Assembly (NCBI GenBank): GCA_005893165.1
Contig: VBOR01000030.1
Coordinates: 354-64,353, forward strand
DNA: 64,000 nucleotides
Source: Candidatus Eiseniibacteriota bacterium
GTDB lineage: Bacteria > Eisenbacteria > RBG-16-71-46 > SZUA-252
Direction of reading: 5' to 3'
Part shown: piece after piece, positions 51,197 through 63,591 of the stretch
Layout: every line of letters starts with the position of its first letter
Position numbering within the stretch: the stretch's first letter is position 1
The notes under the pieces: generated by a model
What the model saw: only the letters and a program-made list of their open reading frames with translations
Database searches by the model: none
What the model was told of the DNA's origin: nothing
Translations under genes and position numbers: made by a program

Positions 51197-51202
51197 CCCT
51201 CG

Positions 51203-52956
51203 ATGGCCCCGCGTCTTCGAAAACGACCGGGCGATTCCCGCCTCGAGTCCCCCGCAGAATCCAACCCGGAAGAGCTGATGCGCAAGGTCGCGTCCCTTCC
51301 CATGCTCCCGGGCGTCTACGTGTTCAAGGGAGCCGGCGGACGGGTGCTCTACGTCGGCAAGGCCAAGCGCCTCGACCAGCGGGTCCGGTCGCACTTCCAG
51401 AGTCCCGACCTCATCGGTCCCAGGCAGGTCGCCCTCGTCTCGAACGTCCGGGATCTCGACTTCATCGCCGTGGATTCGGAGGGGGACGCGCTGCATCTCG
51501 AGGCGACGCTCGTCCGGGAGCACCAGCCTCCCTATAACATCCGCCTCAAGGACGACAAACGCTATCCCTACATCCGGGTCTCCTGGCAGGAGCCCTATCC
51601 GCGCATGTCGCTCGTGCGGAGGATCGAGCGCGACGGGGGCCGCTATTTCGGTCCGTACACCGAGGTGAAGGCGCTGCGGGAGCTCCTGCGCATGACCCAG
51701 ACGATCTTCCCGATGCGCTCGTGCCAGGACATCGATGCGCACATCGCGGCGCGCCGGGAATGTCTGGATGTTCATATCGGACGATGCACGGGACCGTGCA
51801 TCGCGAGGCAGACGCAGGAGGAGTACCGCGCGATGGTGGATCAGTTCTGCGACTTCCTCGTGGGACGGCGCGAGGAGGTGGTCCGGCGGCTTCAACAGTT
51901 CCAGAAGGACGCGGCCGCGCGCCGCGAGTACGAGCGCGCGGGGCGGATCCGCGACCAGGTGCGCGGGATCGAGTCGATCCTGGCGCGGCAGCGGGTCGTG
52001 GACCTGAGCGGCTCCGAAGCCGACGTGATCGGCGTGGCGCGCCAGGGGGAGGCCGCATGCGCGGTGATCTTCAAGATCCGTGAGCGCCGCTCCTCGAGCA
52101 GGTGCTCTCCGCTTCGGCCTCATCCGGCGTGCGCGTCCGGACGCCGCGGGGGACCTCGGAGCGCGCGCTGGTGCGAAACGCGCGTCGGAACGCCGCGCTT
52201 CTCCTGGGCCGCGAATCCGAGGACGGGGAGCGCGAGCGTCCCCTCTCGCGGAACGAATTCGACGAGGCGCTCGAGCTGCAGCGGGAGCTCGGGCTGCCCA
52301 CGCTGCCGCGCCGGATCCGGGCCTTCGATGTGTCCACGATCCAGGGCCGGCACACCGTGGCGTCCATGGTCACTTTCCGCGACGGATCTCCCTTCAAAGG
52401 GGAATACCGGAGGTTTCGGATCGAATCGGTCGCGGGACAGGACGATTTCGCCTCGATGTCGGAGGCGGTGGGACGGCACGCGGCCCGCGTCCAGGAGGGG
52501 GAGATCGAGCCCGCGGACCTGATCGTGATCGACGGAGGTGTGGGACAGCTGGAGGCGGCCCGGAAGGCGGCCGCCGGCACGCCGCTCGAGCGAGTGCCCT
52601 TCATCGGGCTCGCGAAGCGGCTCGAGGAGATCTTCCTCCCCGGCAGGCACGATTCGCTGCTCCTGCCGCGCCGCTCGCCGGCGGTGAAGCTCCTGATGCG
52701 CCTCCGTGACGAAGCACACCGCTTCGCGGTGGGATATCACCGGCTCGTCCGCACCAAGGCGGCCCGCGCCTCGGCGCTGGACAAGGTTCCGGGCCTGGGC
52801 CCGAAGCGGCGCGCGCTCCTGTTGCAGAAGTTCGGGTCGCTCGAGCGGATCCGGAGGCAGCCTCTGGACGCGATCGCTTCGGTGCCGGGAATCGGCGTCC
52901 GCATGGCGGAGCGCATCCTTCGCGAGATCGGAACGGCGAACGGAGTGAACGCGTGA
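51203..52956 (+). CDS. uvrC: excinuclease ABC subunit C, interrupted by an apparent +1 frameshift near 52084-52100 (authentic pseudogene or sequencing/assembly error)
   Basis: The N-terminal GIY-YIG/UvrB-interacting region (PGVYVFKGAGGRVLYVGKAK) is in frame 2 up to ...VIFKIRERR. The C-terminal RNase H-like and HhH region (RIRAFDVSTIQGRHTVASMVTF...GLGPKRRALLL) is in frame 1 from 52084. The frame-2 continuation to 52522 is nonsense. Confidence 0.8.
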
Positions 52957-53522
52957 GCGGAGCGCTGGAAGTCGCCTCGGCCAGCATCGCGACCGACCTG
53001 GGCCCCGTCTGGATCCTCGCGACCCAGGGCGGACTGCGCGGCCTGGGACTGGGGGAGCGCGAGGCGCCCTCCGCGCGCGAGGCGCGCGCGCTGGGAATCG
53101 CCTACGTGAAGCGGCCGCGGTGGACCGATCCCGCGCGGCGCGCGCTGGAGGATTACTTCGAGGGACGCGAGCCCGCGCTGGATTTGAAGCTGGATCTCGC
53201 CGTGGGCTCACGCTTCGAGCGGCGCGTCTGGGAAGCCACGCGACGGGTGGCGTACGGAACCCTCACGTCCTACGGCGCGCTGGCCGTCCGCCTCGGCGTT
53301 CCGGGCGGCGCGCGCGCGGTGGGGAACGCGCTCGGGAGAAATCCCGTGCCCATCGTCGTGCCGTGCCACCGCGTGATCCATGGGGATTCCTCGATCGGCG
53401 GGTTTTCGAGCGGACTCCGCTGGAAGCGCTTCCTGCTCGAGCTGGAGCGCGGGCAGCTGGAGCTCGACTGGGTTCCCGACCGGACGGCCGGGAACGCCGA
53501 GCGGCGGTCCCGGCGCCCATGA
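52953..53522 (+). CDS. ogt: methylated-DNA--protein-cysteine S-methyltransferase
   Basis: The GTG overlaps the uvrC stop. The active site IVVPCHRVI and the HTH motif are present. Confidence 0.85.
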   Translation: MSGALEVASASIATDLGPVWILATQGGLRGLGLGEREAPSAREARALGIAYVKRPRWTDPARRALEDYFEGREPALDLKLDLAVGSRFERRVWEATRRVAYGTLTSYGALAVRLGVPGGARAVGNALGRNPVPIVVPCHRVIHGDSSIGGFSSGLRWKRFLLELERGQLELDWVPDRTAGNAERRSRRP

Positions 53523-54451
53523 AGAAGCCCTCCACGAAGGCGCGGCGCGGGGGAGGCGCGGAACCGGGCGTGTTCGGGGAACGGATCCGGCAGTTCCGCG
53601 AGCATCTGAGCCTGGAGCGGCGGCTCGGCGACCACACGGTCCGCTCCTACGTCCTGGACCTCGCGCAGTACGAGCGATTCCTCGCGGCGCGGGGCAAGGA
53701 ACGCGGAGCCGCGGTGCAGCCCGAGGACGTGGAAGCCTACGTCACGGGGCGCGCCTGGGCGGCGTCCACCGTGGCGCGAAAGATCGCGTCGCTCCGCGCC
53801 TTTCACGAGTTCTTGCGGCGGCGAGGGTACGCCGACGACAATCCCGCGCTCCAGATCCGCCCCCCGCGGCAGAGCCGGCCCTTGCCCGACGTGCTGGCGG
53901 TGGCCGAGGTGGAGGCGCTGGTGCAGGCGCCCCGAGGGGAGGAGCCCGCGGCCGTCCGGGACCGGGCGATGCTGGAGCTCGCCTACGCGGCCGGGCTTCG
54001 CGTGAGCGAGCTGGTGCGCCTCACGCTGGAGGAGGTGGACCTGGACGAGGACCTCGTGCGGTGCTTCGGAAAGCGGTCGCGGGAGCGGTTGGTCCCCTTC
54101 GGAGGGAAGGCCAAGGCCGCGCTCGTCCGCTATCTGGATTTCGCGCGCGCGCACTTCATTCGAGATAGGAGCGAGCGTTCGCTCTTCCTGACCCGGCTGG
54201 GCCGGAGGTTCACGCGCATGGGCTACTGGAAGCTGCTCGAAGGATACCGGCGCGCGGCGGGAATCGAGCGTCCCATCTCGCCTCACACGCTGCGCCACAC
54301 GTGCGCCACGCATCTCCTGGAGGGAGGATGTGATCTGCGCGTCGTCCAGGAGTTCCTGGGTCACCGCTCCATCGAGACGACGCGGATCTACACGCATCTG
54401 GACCGGAACTACCTGCGCGCGGAATACAAGCAGTTCCACCCGCGCGCGTGA
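53519..54451 (+). CDS. tyrosine site-specific recombinase, XerD-like
   Basis: The ATG overlaps the ogt stop. RHTCATHLLEGGCDLRVVQEFLGHRSIETTRIYTHL and the HPRA terminus are present. Confidence 0.8.
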   Translation: MKKPSTKARRGGGAEPGVFGERIRQFREHLSLERRLGDHTVRSYVLDLAQYERFLAARGKERGAAVQPEDVEAYVTGRAWAASTVARKIASLRAFHEFLRRRGYADDNPALQIRPPRQSRPLPDVLAVAEVEALVQAPRGEEPAAVRDRAMLELAYAAGLRVSELVRLTLEEVDLDEDLVRCFGKRSRERLVPFGGKAKAALVRYLDFARAHFIRDRSERSLFLTRLGRRFTRMGYWKLLEGYRRAAGIERPISPHTLRHTCATHLLEGGCDLRVVQEFLGHRSIETTRIYTHLDRNYLRAEYKQFHPRA

Positions 54452-54481
54452 CGTGACGTTGGCCGGGCCCGGGAGGAATGG

Positions 54482-55201
54482 ATGAACGTACGCGGGATGG
54501 GCATTGCCGCGCTGCTCGCGGTCTCCGTGGTGGGAGCCCCACCGGGGGCGGAGCCGGCGCGCGCAGGGAACGAACGGGAGACGTTCTGGAATGGATCCTC
54601 GGGGGCGCGCTCGGCGGAAACCTGGATGCGGCGGCAGCCCGCGCCCGTCACGCCGCGAGCGCTCCCGCCGTTGCGGCGGCTCCGGAAGGGAACCATCAGC
54701 CTGGGAGGGCAGGTCGGCTACGGGGTGGTGCGCGGCTCCTCGGAGCTGAACGACCACTTCGACAACGGACCCTCGTACGCCTTCCGGTTCCGGTACATGC
54801 TGAGCGCGCGCGCGGCGCTCGGCTTCTCGTTCGAGAACCACCGCTACAACACGCGCGCCGGCCTGCCGCTGGACACCAGTCCCTTCGCGGCGGCGGACAG
54901 CCATGCCGTCGTCACGACGGTCGGGACCGAGATCGTGTTGTTCGTCCACCGCGAGCGCGAGACCACGCCATACTTCCTCACGGGGTTCGGGTTCGCGAGC
55001 CCGAACGTCATCTACGAGAGGAAGGAGTCGCGCCGCGTGGACGAGGGCCCGTTCCTCACCGCCGGGGTGGGACTGGAGCGGTTCGTGAGGCAGAGGCTCT
55101 CGATCGACGTCTCGCTGCGCGGGTATGGTGTGGTGGGGAATTCGGAGCTGTCCCTGTTCTCGCAATTGACCGTGGGACTCCATCTGTACCCGGGAGACTG
55201 A
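54482..55201 (+). CDS. outer-membrane beta-barrel protein (OmpA-like/opacity-porin type)
   Basis: Signal peptide followed by alternating amphipathic beta-strands. The C-terminal residue is aromatic-adjacent (..LYPGD). Confidence 0.6.
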   Translation: MNVRGMGIAALLAVSVVGAPPGAEPARAGNERETFWNGSSGARSAETWMRRQPAPVTPRALPPLRRLRKGTISLGGQVGYGVVRGSSELNDHFDNGPSYAFRFRYMLSARAALGFSFENHRYNTRAGLPLDTSPFAAADSHAVVTTVGTEIVLFVHRERETTPYFLTGFGFASPNVIYERKESRRVDEGPFLTAGVGLERFVRQRLSIDVSLRGYGVVGNSELSLFSQLTVGLHLYPGD

Positions 55202-55205
55202 CCGC

Positions 55206-56581
55206 GTGCGGGTGACCTTCTGGGGCGCCGCGCGGACCGTCACCGGATCGAAACATCTGCTCACGGGCCGGTCGGGGACGATGCTCCTCGATTGCGGTCT
55301 CTTTCAAGGGAGGCGGGCCGAGTCGGAAGCGCGGAACCGTTCCCTTCCGTTCGACGCAGCCTCGGTGGATTGCATGGTTCTATCGCACGCCCACATCGAT
55401 CATTCGGGAGCGATCCCGTTTCTCTGCAAACAGGGATTCCGGGGTCCCATCCACGCCACGGCCGCGACCGCGGACCTCTGCCGCGCCATGCTCCTGGACG
55501 CCGCCCACATCCAGGTCAAGGACGCCGAGTTCCTGAACCGGCACCACCGCGGCAAGGCTCCGGTCCTCCCGCTCTACACCCCCGAGGACGCCGAGCGCTC
55601 CCTGGATCGCTTCGTGGAGCACGCCTACGAGGAGCCCTTCGAGCCGCTCGAGCGAACGCGCGTGGTGCTCCATGAAGCGGGGCACATCCCGGGCTCGGCT
55701 TCGCTGGAGATCCAGTGGAAGGAGAACGGTCACGCGGGGTCGCTCGTCTTCTCGGGGGATCTGGGACGGCCGGACCGGCCCATCCTGAAAGACCCGGCTC
55801 CTCTGCCGAAGGCGGATTATCTCGTCACGGAGGGGACCTACGGCGGCAAGAAGCACCCCGACGAGATCTCGCTTTACGAGGCGCTCGAGCGGGTCGTGCA
55901 CCGGGCGATCGAGCGCGGGGGGAGGATCGTGATCCCCGCCTTCGCCGTGGGAAGAACTCAGGAGGTCGTGCACGCGCTCGACCGGCTGTTCGTGGAAGGT
56001 CGAATTCCAGAATTACCGATCTACGTGGACAGCCCGCTCGCGGCGGAGATCCTGGTCGCCGTGGGGCGTCACCCCGAGGTCTTCGACGAGGAGACCATGG
56101 AGGCGATCCGCCACGGCGAGGATCCCCTGGGGATGCGCCGCATCACGCTCGTGCGCGACGCGGAGGATTCCAAGAAGCTGAATGAGAAGCCGGGCACCTT
56201 CATCACGATCGCCGCGTCGGGAATGTGCGAGGCCGGAAGGATCCTGCACCACCTGAAACACACCGTGTCCGATCCGCGCCACACCATCGTCATCGTCGGC
56301 TATCAGGCCGAAGGGACCCTGGGCCGCCGCCTCGTCGAGCGCCAGCCCGAGGTGCGCATCTTCGGAGAGCCCTATGCGCTCCAGGCCACGGTCGAGGTTC
56401 TGAACGGATTCAGCGCACACGCGGATCACGAGGCGCTCGTGGCTCAGGTGAAATCGTGCGGCGCGCCGAAGGGCTGCGCCGTGGTCCACGCGGATCTGGA
56501 GCGCGCCGAGGCCCTGCGCGCCGCGCTCGTTCCCTCGATCCCGACGCGCATTCCCTCCGAGGGGGACGTGTGGGAGCTCCG

Positions 56582-56585
<4 letters not shown>
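55206..56585 (+). CDS. beta-CASP family metallo-beta-lactamase nuclease (RNase J / CPSF73 / Artemis-like fold)
   Basis: GTG start. SHAHIDHSG (HxHxDH), the downstream His/Asp metal ligands, the beta-CASP insertion and the C-terminal RMMBL-like block GFSAHAD are present. Confidence 0.85.
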
Positions 56586-58580
<1,995 letters not shown>

Positions 58581-58594
<14 letters not shown>

Positions 58595-59381
58595 ATCGGA
58601 CCGCCGGCGGGCGGAGCTGCCCGAGATCCTGGCCTCGGTGCTGGAGTACCGCGGGGCCACGGTCTCGCGCAACGGAATGATCTGGGAAGCGGATCTGACG
58701 CCCGAGCTGACCACGTCGCTGGGCGTGAACCGGGTCCGTCTGGTCGCGGCTCCGGCGGGACGCGCGGCACGCGGGGCCGAGATGGATGCGGCCATGACGG
58801 AGCGAATTCTCCTCCTGGGCCGCTCGCACGGGCAGGTCGCGATGCTCGTCGCTCCGGTGTCCCCCTCGAGGGAGGCTTCCGCGGTCCCTCGGATCTGGGC
58901 CCGTCTCCACTGGCGCATCCGGTACGGGAGCGACGAGATCCCCGAGGAGCTCCTGGTCCAGGAGCTTCCGGTGGGGAGCGTGGGCGGAATGCGCCTGCCG
59001 CGAGAGTCGCTGTTCCGGGCCGCGACGCCCGAGGAGATCGAGCGGCTGCCGCGTCCCGCCCAGGACGCTCTGGGAGCGACCTGGACCCGGGCGCTCCGGC
59101 TCCTCGAGGGACGCGCGCGGCGAAAGCTCCGGCCTCACGAGGACCGCGCGCGCCGTGAGCTCCACCGGGAGATGCGCACGCTCAGCAGCCACTACCGCTC
59201 GCTCATCGCGGAGGAGCGGGCGGGGCGCGCCCGGCGCCCGGAGGACCGGGAAGCGGGGCGCATGCTGCAGCTCAAGGAGGACTGGGAGCGGAAGCTGGTT
59301 CAGGTGATCCGCCAGCGCGCCTTCGAAACGGAGGCGACGCTCGTGGCCGCGGCGCTCCTCTACGGAGTTCCGGAAGACTGA
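58581..59381 (+). CDS. hypothetical Arg-rich protein, probable partner of the SNF2 ATPase
   Basis: 266-aa ORF overlapping the SNF2 gene by 14 nt. The C-terminal half is predicted coiled-coil and R/E-rich. No recognisable family. Confidence 0.55.
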
Positions 59382-59478
59382 GGTTCACGATTTCGGCGCG
59401 TCCTTAGGGGGCGCGTCGTTGACAGAGCACGGTGGAGCGGGGTAGACTCCTCCGCTCGTCCTTCCCACGGAGAGATTC

Positions 59479-60216
59479 ATGACGACTCGTCTCGTGAAGC
59501 ACCAGAAGCTGACCAAACGCCAGATCAAGGAAGATCCGCTCGTGACCGCGGCCTTTCGCGGAACGCAGGTATGGGAACAGCACGGAAACCGGATTCTCCT
59601 CGGGGTCGGGGCGGTCGTCCTGGTGGTCCTGCTCGTGTTCTTCGTCTCGCGCACCCGCGCCCAGTCGGAGGAGCGTGCGGAAGGGGACCTGTTCCGCGCG
59701 GAGATCTCGGTGGCGCAGACCGATTACGCCACCGCCACGCAGATGCTGAAGGAGATCGTGGACTCGGCGCCCGGAACCAAGGCCGCGGCGAAAGCCATGG
59801 TGTACCTCGGCGACGTCACCGCGGCGCAGGGGAAGGCGGCCGAAGCGGTGAGCTGGTACCGCCGCGCCCTCGCGAAGGCGGGACGCGACGAAGACCTCAA
59901 GGTCGCCGGCCTCCACGGCCTGGCCGCCGCGCTCGAGGACCGTGGGGATTTCACTCAAGCCGCCGCGAGCTACGCGGACCTCGCAAAGCTGGGCGAGAAC
60001 GACAACCAGCGGGGTCGCGCCATGCTGGCCGAGGCACGCTCCCTGGCGAAAGCGGGGCAGACGCAGAAGGCGATCGCGGTGTACAAGGAAGTTCAGCGGC
60101 TCCCCGTGGTGGACCAGACGCTCATCAACACCGCGGGCGTGGGAATCGGGGAGCTCTCCGCTTCGAGCCCGGGTCCGGGCGAGACCCAACACCCGGCTTC
60201 GAGCCCGACCCCCTAG
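59479..60216 (+). CDS. TPR-repeat protein with N-terminal membrane anchor (YfgM-like)
   Basis: N-terminal TM helix LLGVGAVVLVVLLVFFV followed by TPR-like repeats. Confidence 0.65.
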   Translation: MTTRLVKHQKLTKRQIKEDPLVTAAFRGTQVWEQHGNRILLGVGAVVLVVLLVFFVSRTRAQSEERAEGDLFRAEISVAQTDYATATQMLKEIVDSAPGTKAAAKAMVYLGDVTAAQGKAAEAVSWYRRALAKAGRDEDLKVAGLHGLAAALEDRGDFTQAAASYADLAKLGENDNQRGRAMLAEARSLAKAGQTQKAIAVYKEVQRLPVVDQTLINTAGVGIGELSASSPGPGETQHPASSPTP

Positions 60217-60229
60217 ATCCCCCGCCGTC

Positions 60230-62398
60230 ATGGCGGATTCCGTCCTGCTCGCGCTGGTGTGGCACATGCACCAGCCTTCCTATCGCGACGCGCTCACGGG
60301 ACGGGTCCTCCTTCCGTGGACCCGCCTCCACGCCACGAAGGATTACGGCGACATGGTGTCGGTGCTCCGGCGCCACCCGCGCGTCCACGCGACGTTCAAT
60401 CTGACCCCCGTGCTCCTGGATCAGCTCGAGGCGATCGCCTCGGGGGAGTCGGACACGTTTCTCGATCTGGCGCGAACGCGCGCCGAAGAGCTCACCCCCG
60501 AGGAGCAGCGGTTTCTCTCTCGCCATTTCTTCAGCGTGAACCCCGCGAGGATGCTCGAGCCCTATCCCCGCTACCGCGAGCTCCGGACGCGCGCGGCCGC
60601 GGTGATCGGAGGGCCGCGCCTGCCGCGCGAGCAGCCGCTGACTCCCGAGGAGATCCGGGATCTCCAGACCTGGTTCCATCTCGTCTGGGTGGATCCGGAG
60701 TACCGGGACCAGGAGCCCATCCGGTCGCTCTTCAAGAAGGGCAGGGGATTCACGGAGGAGGAGAAGCGTTCCCTCCTGGACTGGGGCGTGGCCCTCGCGT
60801 CGCGCGTGGTCGAGGTCTATCGCGATGCGATGGGATCGGGGCAGATCGAGATCTCCACCTCGGCCTACCACCATCCCATCCTGCCCCTGCTCGTCACCAC
60901 CGATGCGCCGCGCGAGGTCTCGCCCACGATCGCGCTCCCGCAGCCCTCCTACAGCGCACCCGAAGACGCCGCGGCTCAGCTGAGCCGCGCGAGCGCGAGC
61001 CACGCGCTCCGCTTCGGCGCTCCGCCTCGAGGCACGTGGCCGCCGGAGGGCTCGGTCAGCCAGCAGGCGCTCACCCTGGTGCGCGAGGCCGGATTCTCCT
61101 GGTGCGCCTCCGACGAGACGGTGCTTGCCCGCGCGCTCGGGCGGTCCGAGCCGGGGGGCGACGGCTGGGCGGCCGCGCTCTGCCGCCCGTACCGGGTGGA
61201 GACCGGGAAGGGAGCGATCTCGATTCTCTTTCGCGAGCGCCCGCTCTCGGACCGGATCGGGTTCCTGTATGCGGCGTGGGAGCCCGAGCGGGCGGCGGAG
61301 GACTTCGTGACCCGCGTCCGTGAGTACGGAGCGCGCGCCCGCCGGGAAGGACGGAACGATCCGGTCGTCACCGTGATCCTGGACGGCGAGAACTGCTGGG
61401 AATCCTACCAGGACGACGGACGGCCGTTCCTCGAGGCGCTGTATCGCCGTCTGGAGGAGGGAAACGGCGTCGAAGCGGTCACGGTGGGGGAGGCGCTCGA
61501 GCGCGTCCCCCCGAGCGACACGCTCCCCCACGTCCCCGTCGGATCCTGGATCGCGCCCGACCTCTCGGTCTGGGTCGGGCACGCGGAGAAAAACCGCGCG
61601 TGGTCGGAGATCCGCCGCTTGCGCGAGCGTTTCCAGGAGGCCGACCGGAGCGGATCCGCGGCGCCGGCGCGGCTCAAGAACGCGTACGAGGAGATCCTGC
61701 TCGCGGAGGCGAGCGACTGGTTCTGGTGGTACGGCGACGATCATCAGAGCGCGCACAAGGACGAGTTCGACGCGCTCTTCCGCTCGCACCTGATCCGCGG
61801 CTACAACCTGCTCGGTCTTCCGGCGCCCGCGACCGTGAGGCGCAGCCTGCGGGGCGCGGCGCCGTATTCCGAGGACGTCGAGCACGTGCCCTACATCACC
61901 CCCACGGTGGACGGGCGGGATACCCACTTCTACGAGTGGAGAAACGCCGAGCTCTTCGATGCGATCTCGGTACAGGGGGCGGACCACAAGTCGACGCTCT
62001 TCATGCGGCGCGTGCTCTTCGGACTGAATGTGCGCGATCTCTTCGTGCGCGTGGACGGGCTCAGCACGGCCACCGGAGGATCTCGCGCGGTTCGGCTCCG
62101 GTTCACCGAGCCGCTGCGCGCGGAGGCACGGATCCCGCTGGAGCTCGGCTCCCGTGGAGCGCTCGCGTGGACGGGCGAAGGTGCTTCCGCGGGGGACGCC
62201 GGGGAGTATGCGATCGGAAGGGTGATCGAGATCCGCGCTCCGCTCGCGCGCCTGGGAGCGGGGCCGGGGGCGCTGCTCCGCTGGCGCGTGGAGCTGGAGG
62301 ACGGGGGGGAGATCGCGGAGGTGATCCCGAGGACCGGCGAGCTGACGACGCCCACGCTCGAGCCGGACTTCGAAGCCCGAAACTGGTCCGCCACCTAG
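60230..62398 (+). CDS. glycoside hydrolase family 57 protein (alpha-glucan branching/amylase type)
   Basis: WHMHQP near the N-terminus is the GH57 signature. Catalytic-region blocks (ILDGENCWE; WFWWYGDDH) and a C-terminal beta-sandwich domain are present. Confidence 0.85.
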   Translation: MADSVLLALVWHMHQPSYRDALTGRVLLPWTRLHATKDYGDMVSVLRRHPRVHATFNLTPVLLDQLEAIASGESDTFLDLARTRAEELTPEEQRFLSRHFFSVNPARMLEPYPRYRELRTRAAAVIGGPRLPREQPLTPEEIRDLQTWFHLVWVDPEYRDQEPIRSLFKKGRGFTEEEKRSLLDWGVALASRVVEVYRDAMGSGQIEISTSAYHHPILPLLVTTDAPREVSPTIALPQPSYSAPEDAAAQLSRASASHALRFGAPPRGTWPPEGSVSQQALTLVREAGFSWCASDETVLARALGRSEPGGDGWAAALCRPYRVETGKGAISILFRERPLSDRIGFLYAAWEPERAAEDFVTRVREYGARARREGRNDPVVTVILDGENCWESYQDDGRPFLEALYRRLEEGNGVEAVTVGEALERVPPSDTLPHVPVGSWIAPDLSVWVGHAEKNRAWSEIRRLRERFQEADRSGSAAPARLKNAYEEILLAEASDWFWWYGDDHQSAHKDEFDALFRSHLIRGYNLLGLPAPATVRRSLRGAAPYSEDVEHVPYITPTVDGRDTHFYEWRNAELFDAISVQGADHKSTLFMRRVLFGLNVRDLFVRVDGLSTATGGSRAVRLRFTEPLRAEARIPLELGSRGALAWTGEGASAGDAGEYAIGRVIEIRAPLARLGAGPGALLRWRVELEDGGEIAEVIPRTGELTTPTLEPDFEARNWSAT

Positions 62399-62455
62399 CA
62401 CCGGCGGGGGGCGCGGCTCCTTGACGCTCCCGGCCACGCGTGCTATTCCTGCCTC

Positions 62456-62833
62456 GTGTCGTCCGCGTCGCCATACGATTCGATCGCCCCGGAGGACGTC
62501 CAGCGCGGGCGCCTGCTCGCCGCGGTCGCCTACCTTCCCGGTCTCTGTCTCCTGGGGCTCCTCGGCGCTCCCGAGAACGCGTTCATCGGATTCCACGCCC
62601 GCCAGGGATTCCTGCTCTTCATGATCGAGATCGTGTTCGTGGTCTTCTTCTGGATCTACGACGTGACGCTGGGACGGATCCCGTACGTGGGGCCGTTCGT
62701 CGGATACCTGGTCAAGTTCCTCGTCTGGACCTCGATCCTGTGCGTGACCGCGTACAGCGCGGCCAAGGCGGCGAACGGTGAGGTGATGCGGCTGCCGTAC
62801 CTCGGCACCCAGATCGAGCGGGTTCCGTTCTGA
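62456..62833 (+). CDS. small membrane protein (DUF4870-like)
   Basis: GTG start. Two or three TM helices with the pattern LAAVAYLPGL...FH.RQG typical of DUF4870/YIP-type small membrane proteins. Confidence 0.55.
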   Translation: MSSASPYDSIAPEDVQRGRLLAAVAYLPGLCLLGLLGAPENAFIGFHARQGFLLFMIEIVFVVFFWIYDVTLGRIPYVGPFVGYLVKFLVWTSILCVTAYSAAKAANGEVMRLPYLGTQIERVPF

Positions 62834-63192
62834 TGTCTCCCGCGACGGAAAAGCGGTTCTGGCTGCTGCGGCGGCTCTCGAAGGTGATGAGCGTCCTGGC
62901 GTGGATTGTTCTCGTCATCGTGCTGCTCGTCGTGCCGGTCGGATTCGCGCGGGCGATCATCGCGCGGTCGCCGGAGGATTTCACCCAGACCCTGGCGTAC
63001 GGAGTCTCGGGCGGGTTCATCTTCATCTATCTGCTCTACACGGCCCAATGGATCCAGGTGATCCTGGCGGTCGAGGAAAATACCAAGCAAGCGACGTATG
63101 TCCTGGAGAAGCTCACCACGCTGACGCAGCAGGTCCGCGACCGTCTGGGCGAGACCGCCGACCGCAGGGAATCAGGCGACCTTCCGGGCTGA
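62833..63192 (+). CDS. hypothetical small membrane protein
   Basis: The ATG overlaps the upstream stop. It has two TM helices. Confidence 0.5.
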   Translation: MSPATEKRFWLLRRLSKVMSVLAWIVLVIVLLVVPVGFARAIIARSPEDFTQTLAYGVSGGFIFIYLLYTAQWIQVILAVEENTKQATYVLEKLTTLTQQVRDRLGETADRRESGDLPG

Positions 63193-63247
63193 TCCAATCC
63201 AACGAGCGTTCCCAGGCCCGAGGGCGTACGGCGTTTGTCGTAGAAGA

Positions 63248-63328
63248 GATATTATGTCAACTACGATCCGGGGGAAGCTTGGCGTCCAAAGGTCAACGCT
63301 GAGGCCGGATCGCAGTTGTCATAATATC
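63248..63328. repeat. imperfect inverted repeat (24-bp arms, 22/24 complementary, 33-nt spacer) forming a potential 81-nt hairpin at a GC-content break
   Basis: GATATTATGTCAACTACGATCCGG ...33 nt... CCGGATCGCAGTTGTCATAATATC. The arms are AT-rich, unlike the flanking genome. Confidence 0.6.
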
Positions 63329-63591
63329 CTGTGGTTCCCCACCATGAGCCGGAACGGGATCAGTTACAGCTGATCGTGAGCACTTCCAGTCACCATCACC
63401 AAGTTCTTCTCGTTGCAACGTTGGTTGCGCTGACCATTTTCGGTTGCCCTCATCGTCCCCAGCCGGATTCTGTGCGGAAATCTTCCGAGCTGGGTGCTCC
63501 GTACTCCTTGGTAACCTACTATAGAGCCGCTCCATATGGACCACTCGCCGGCTCATTTGTTGGCTCCGTAGGTGGCAGGCGAGGGAAGGTG

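Noticed and set aside
52080-52709. 209-aa ORF (frame 3) and the 51203 frame-2 continuation to 52522 as separate genes
   Set aside because: Both are alternative frames across the uvrC frameshift region with nonsense Arg/Gly-rich products. Only frame 2 before about 52093 and frame 1 after 52084 match UvrC.
63331-63591. N-terminal 87 codons of ORF 63331-63906 (MVPHHEPERDQLQLIVSTSSHHHQVLLV...)
   Set aside because: There is no RBS and the composition is odd. An internal ATG at 63592 with a strong AGGGAAGG RBS is a more plausible start, so only the 63592-63906 segment is kept, at low confidence.
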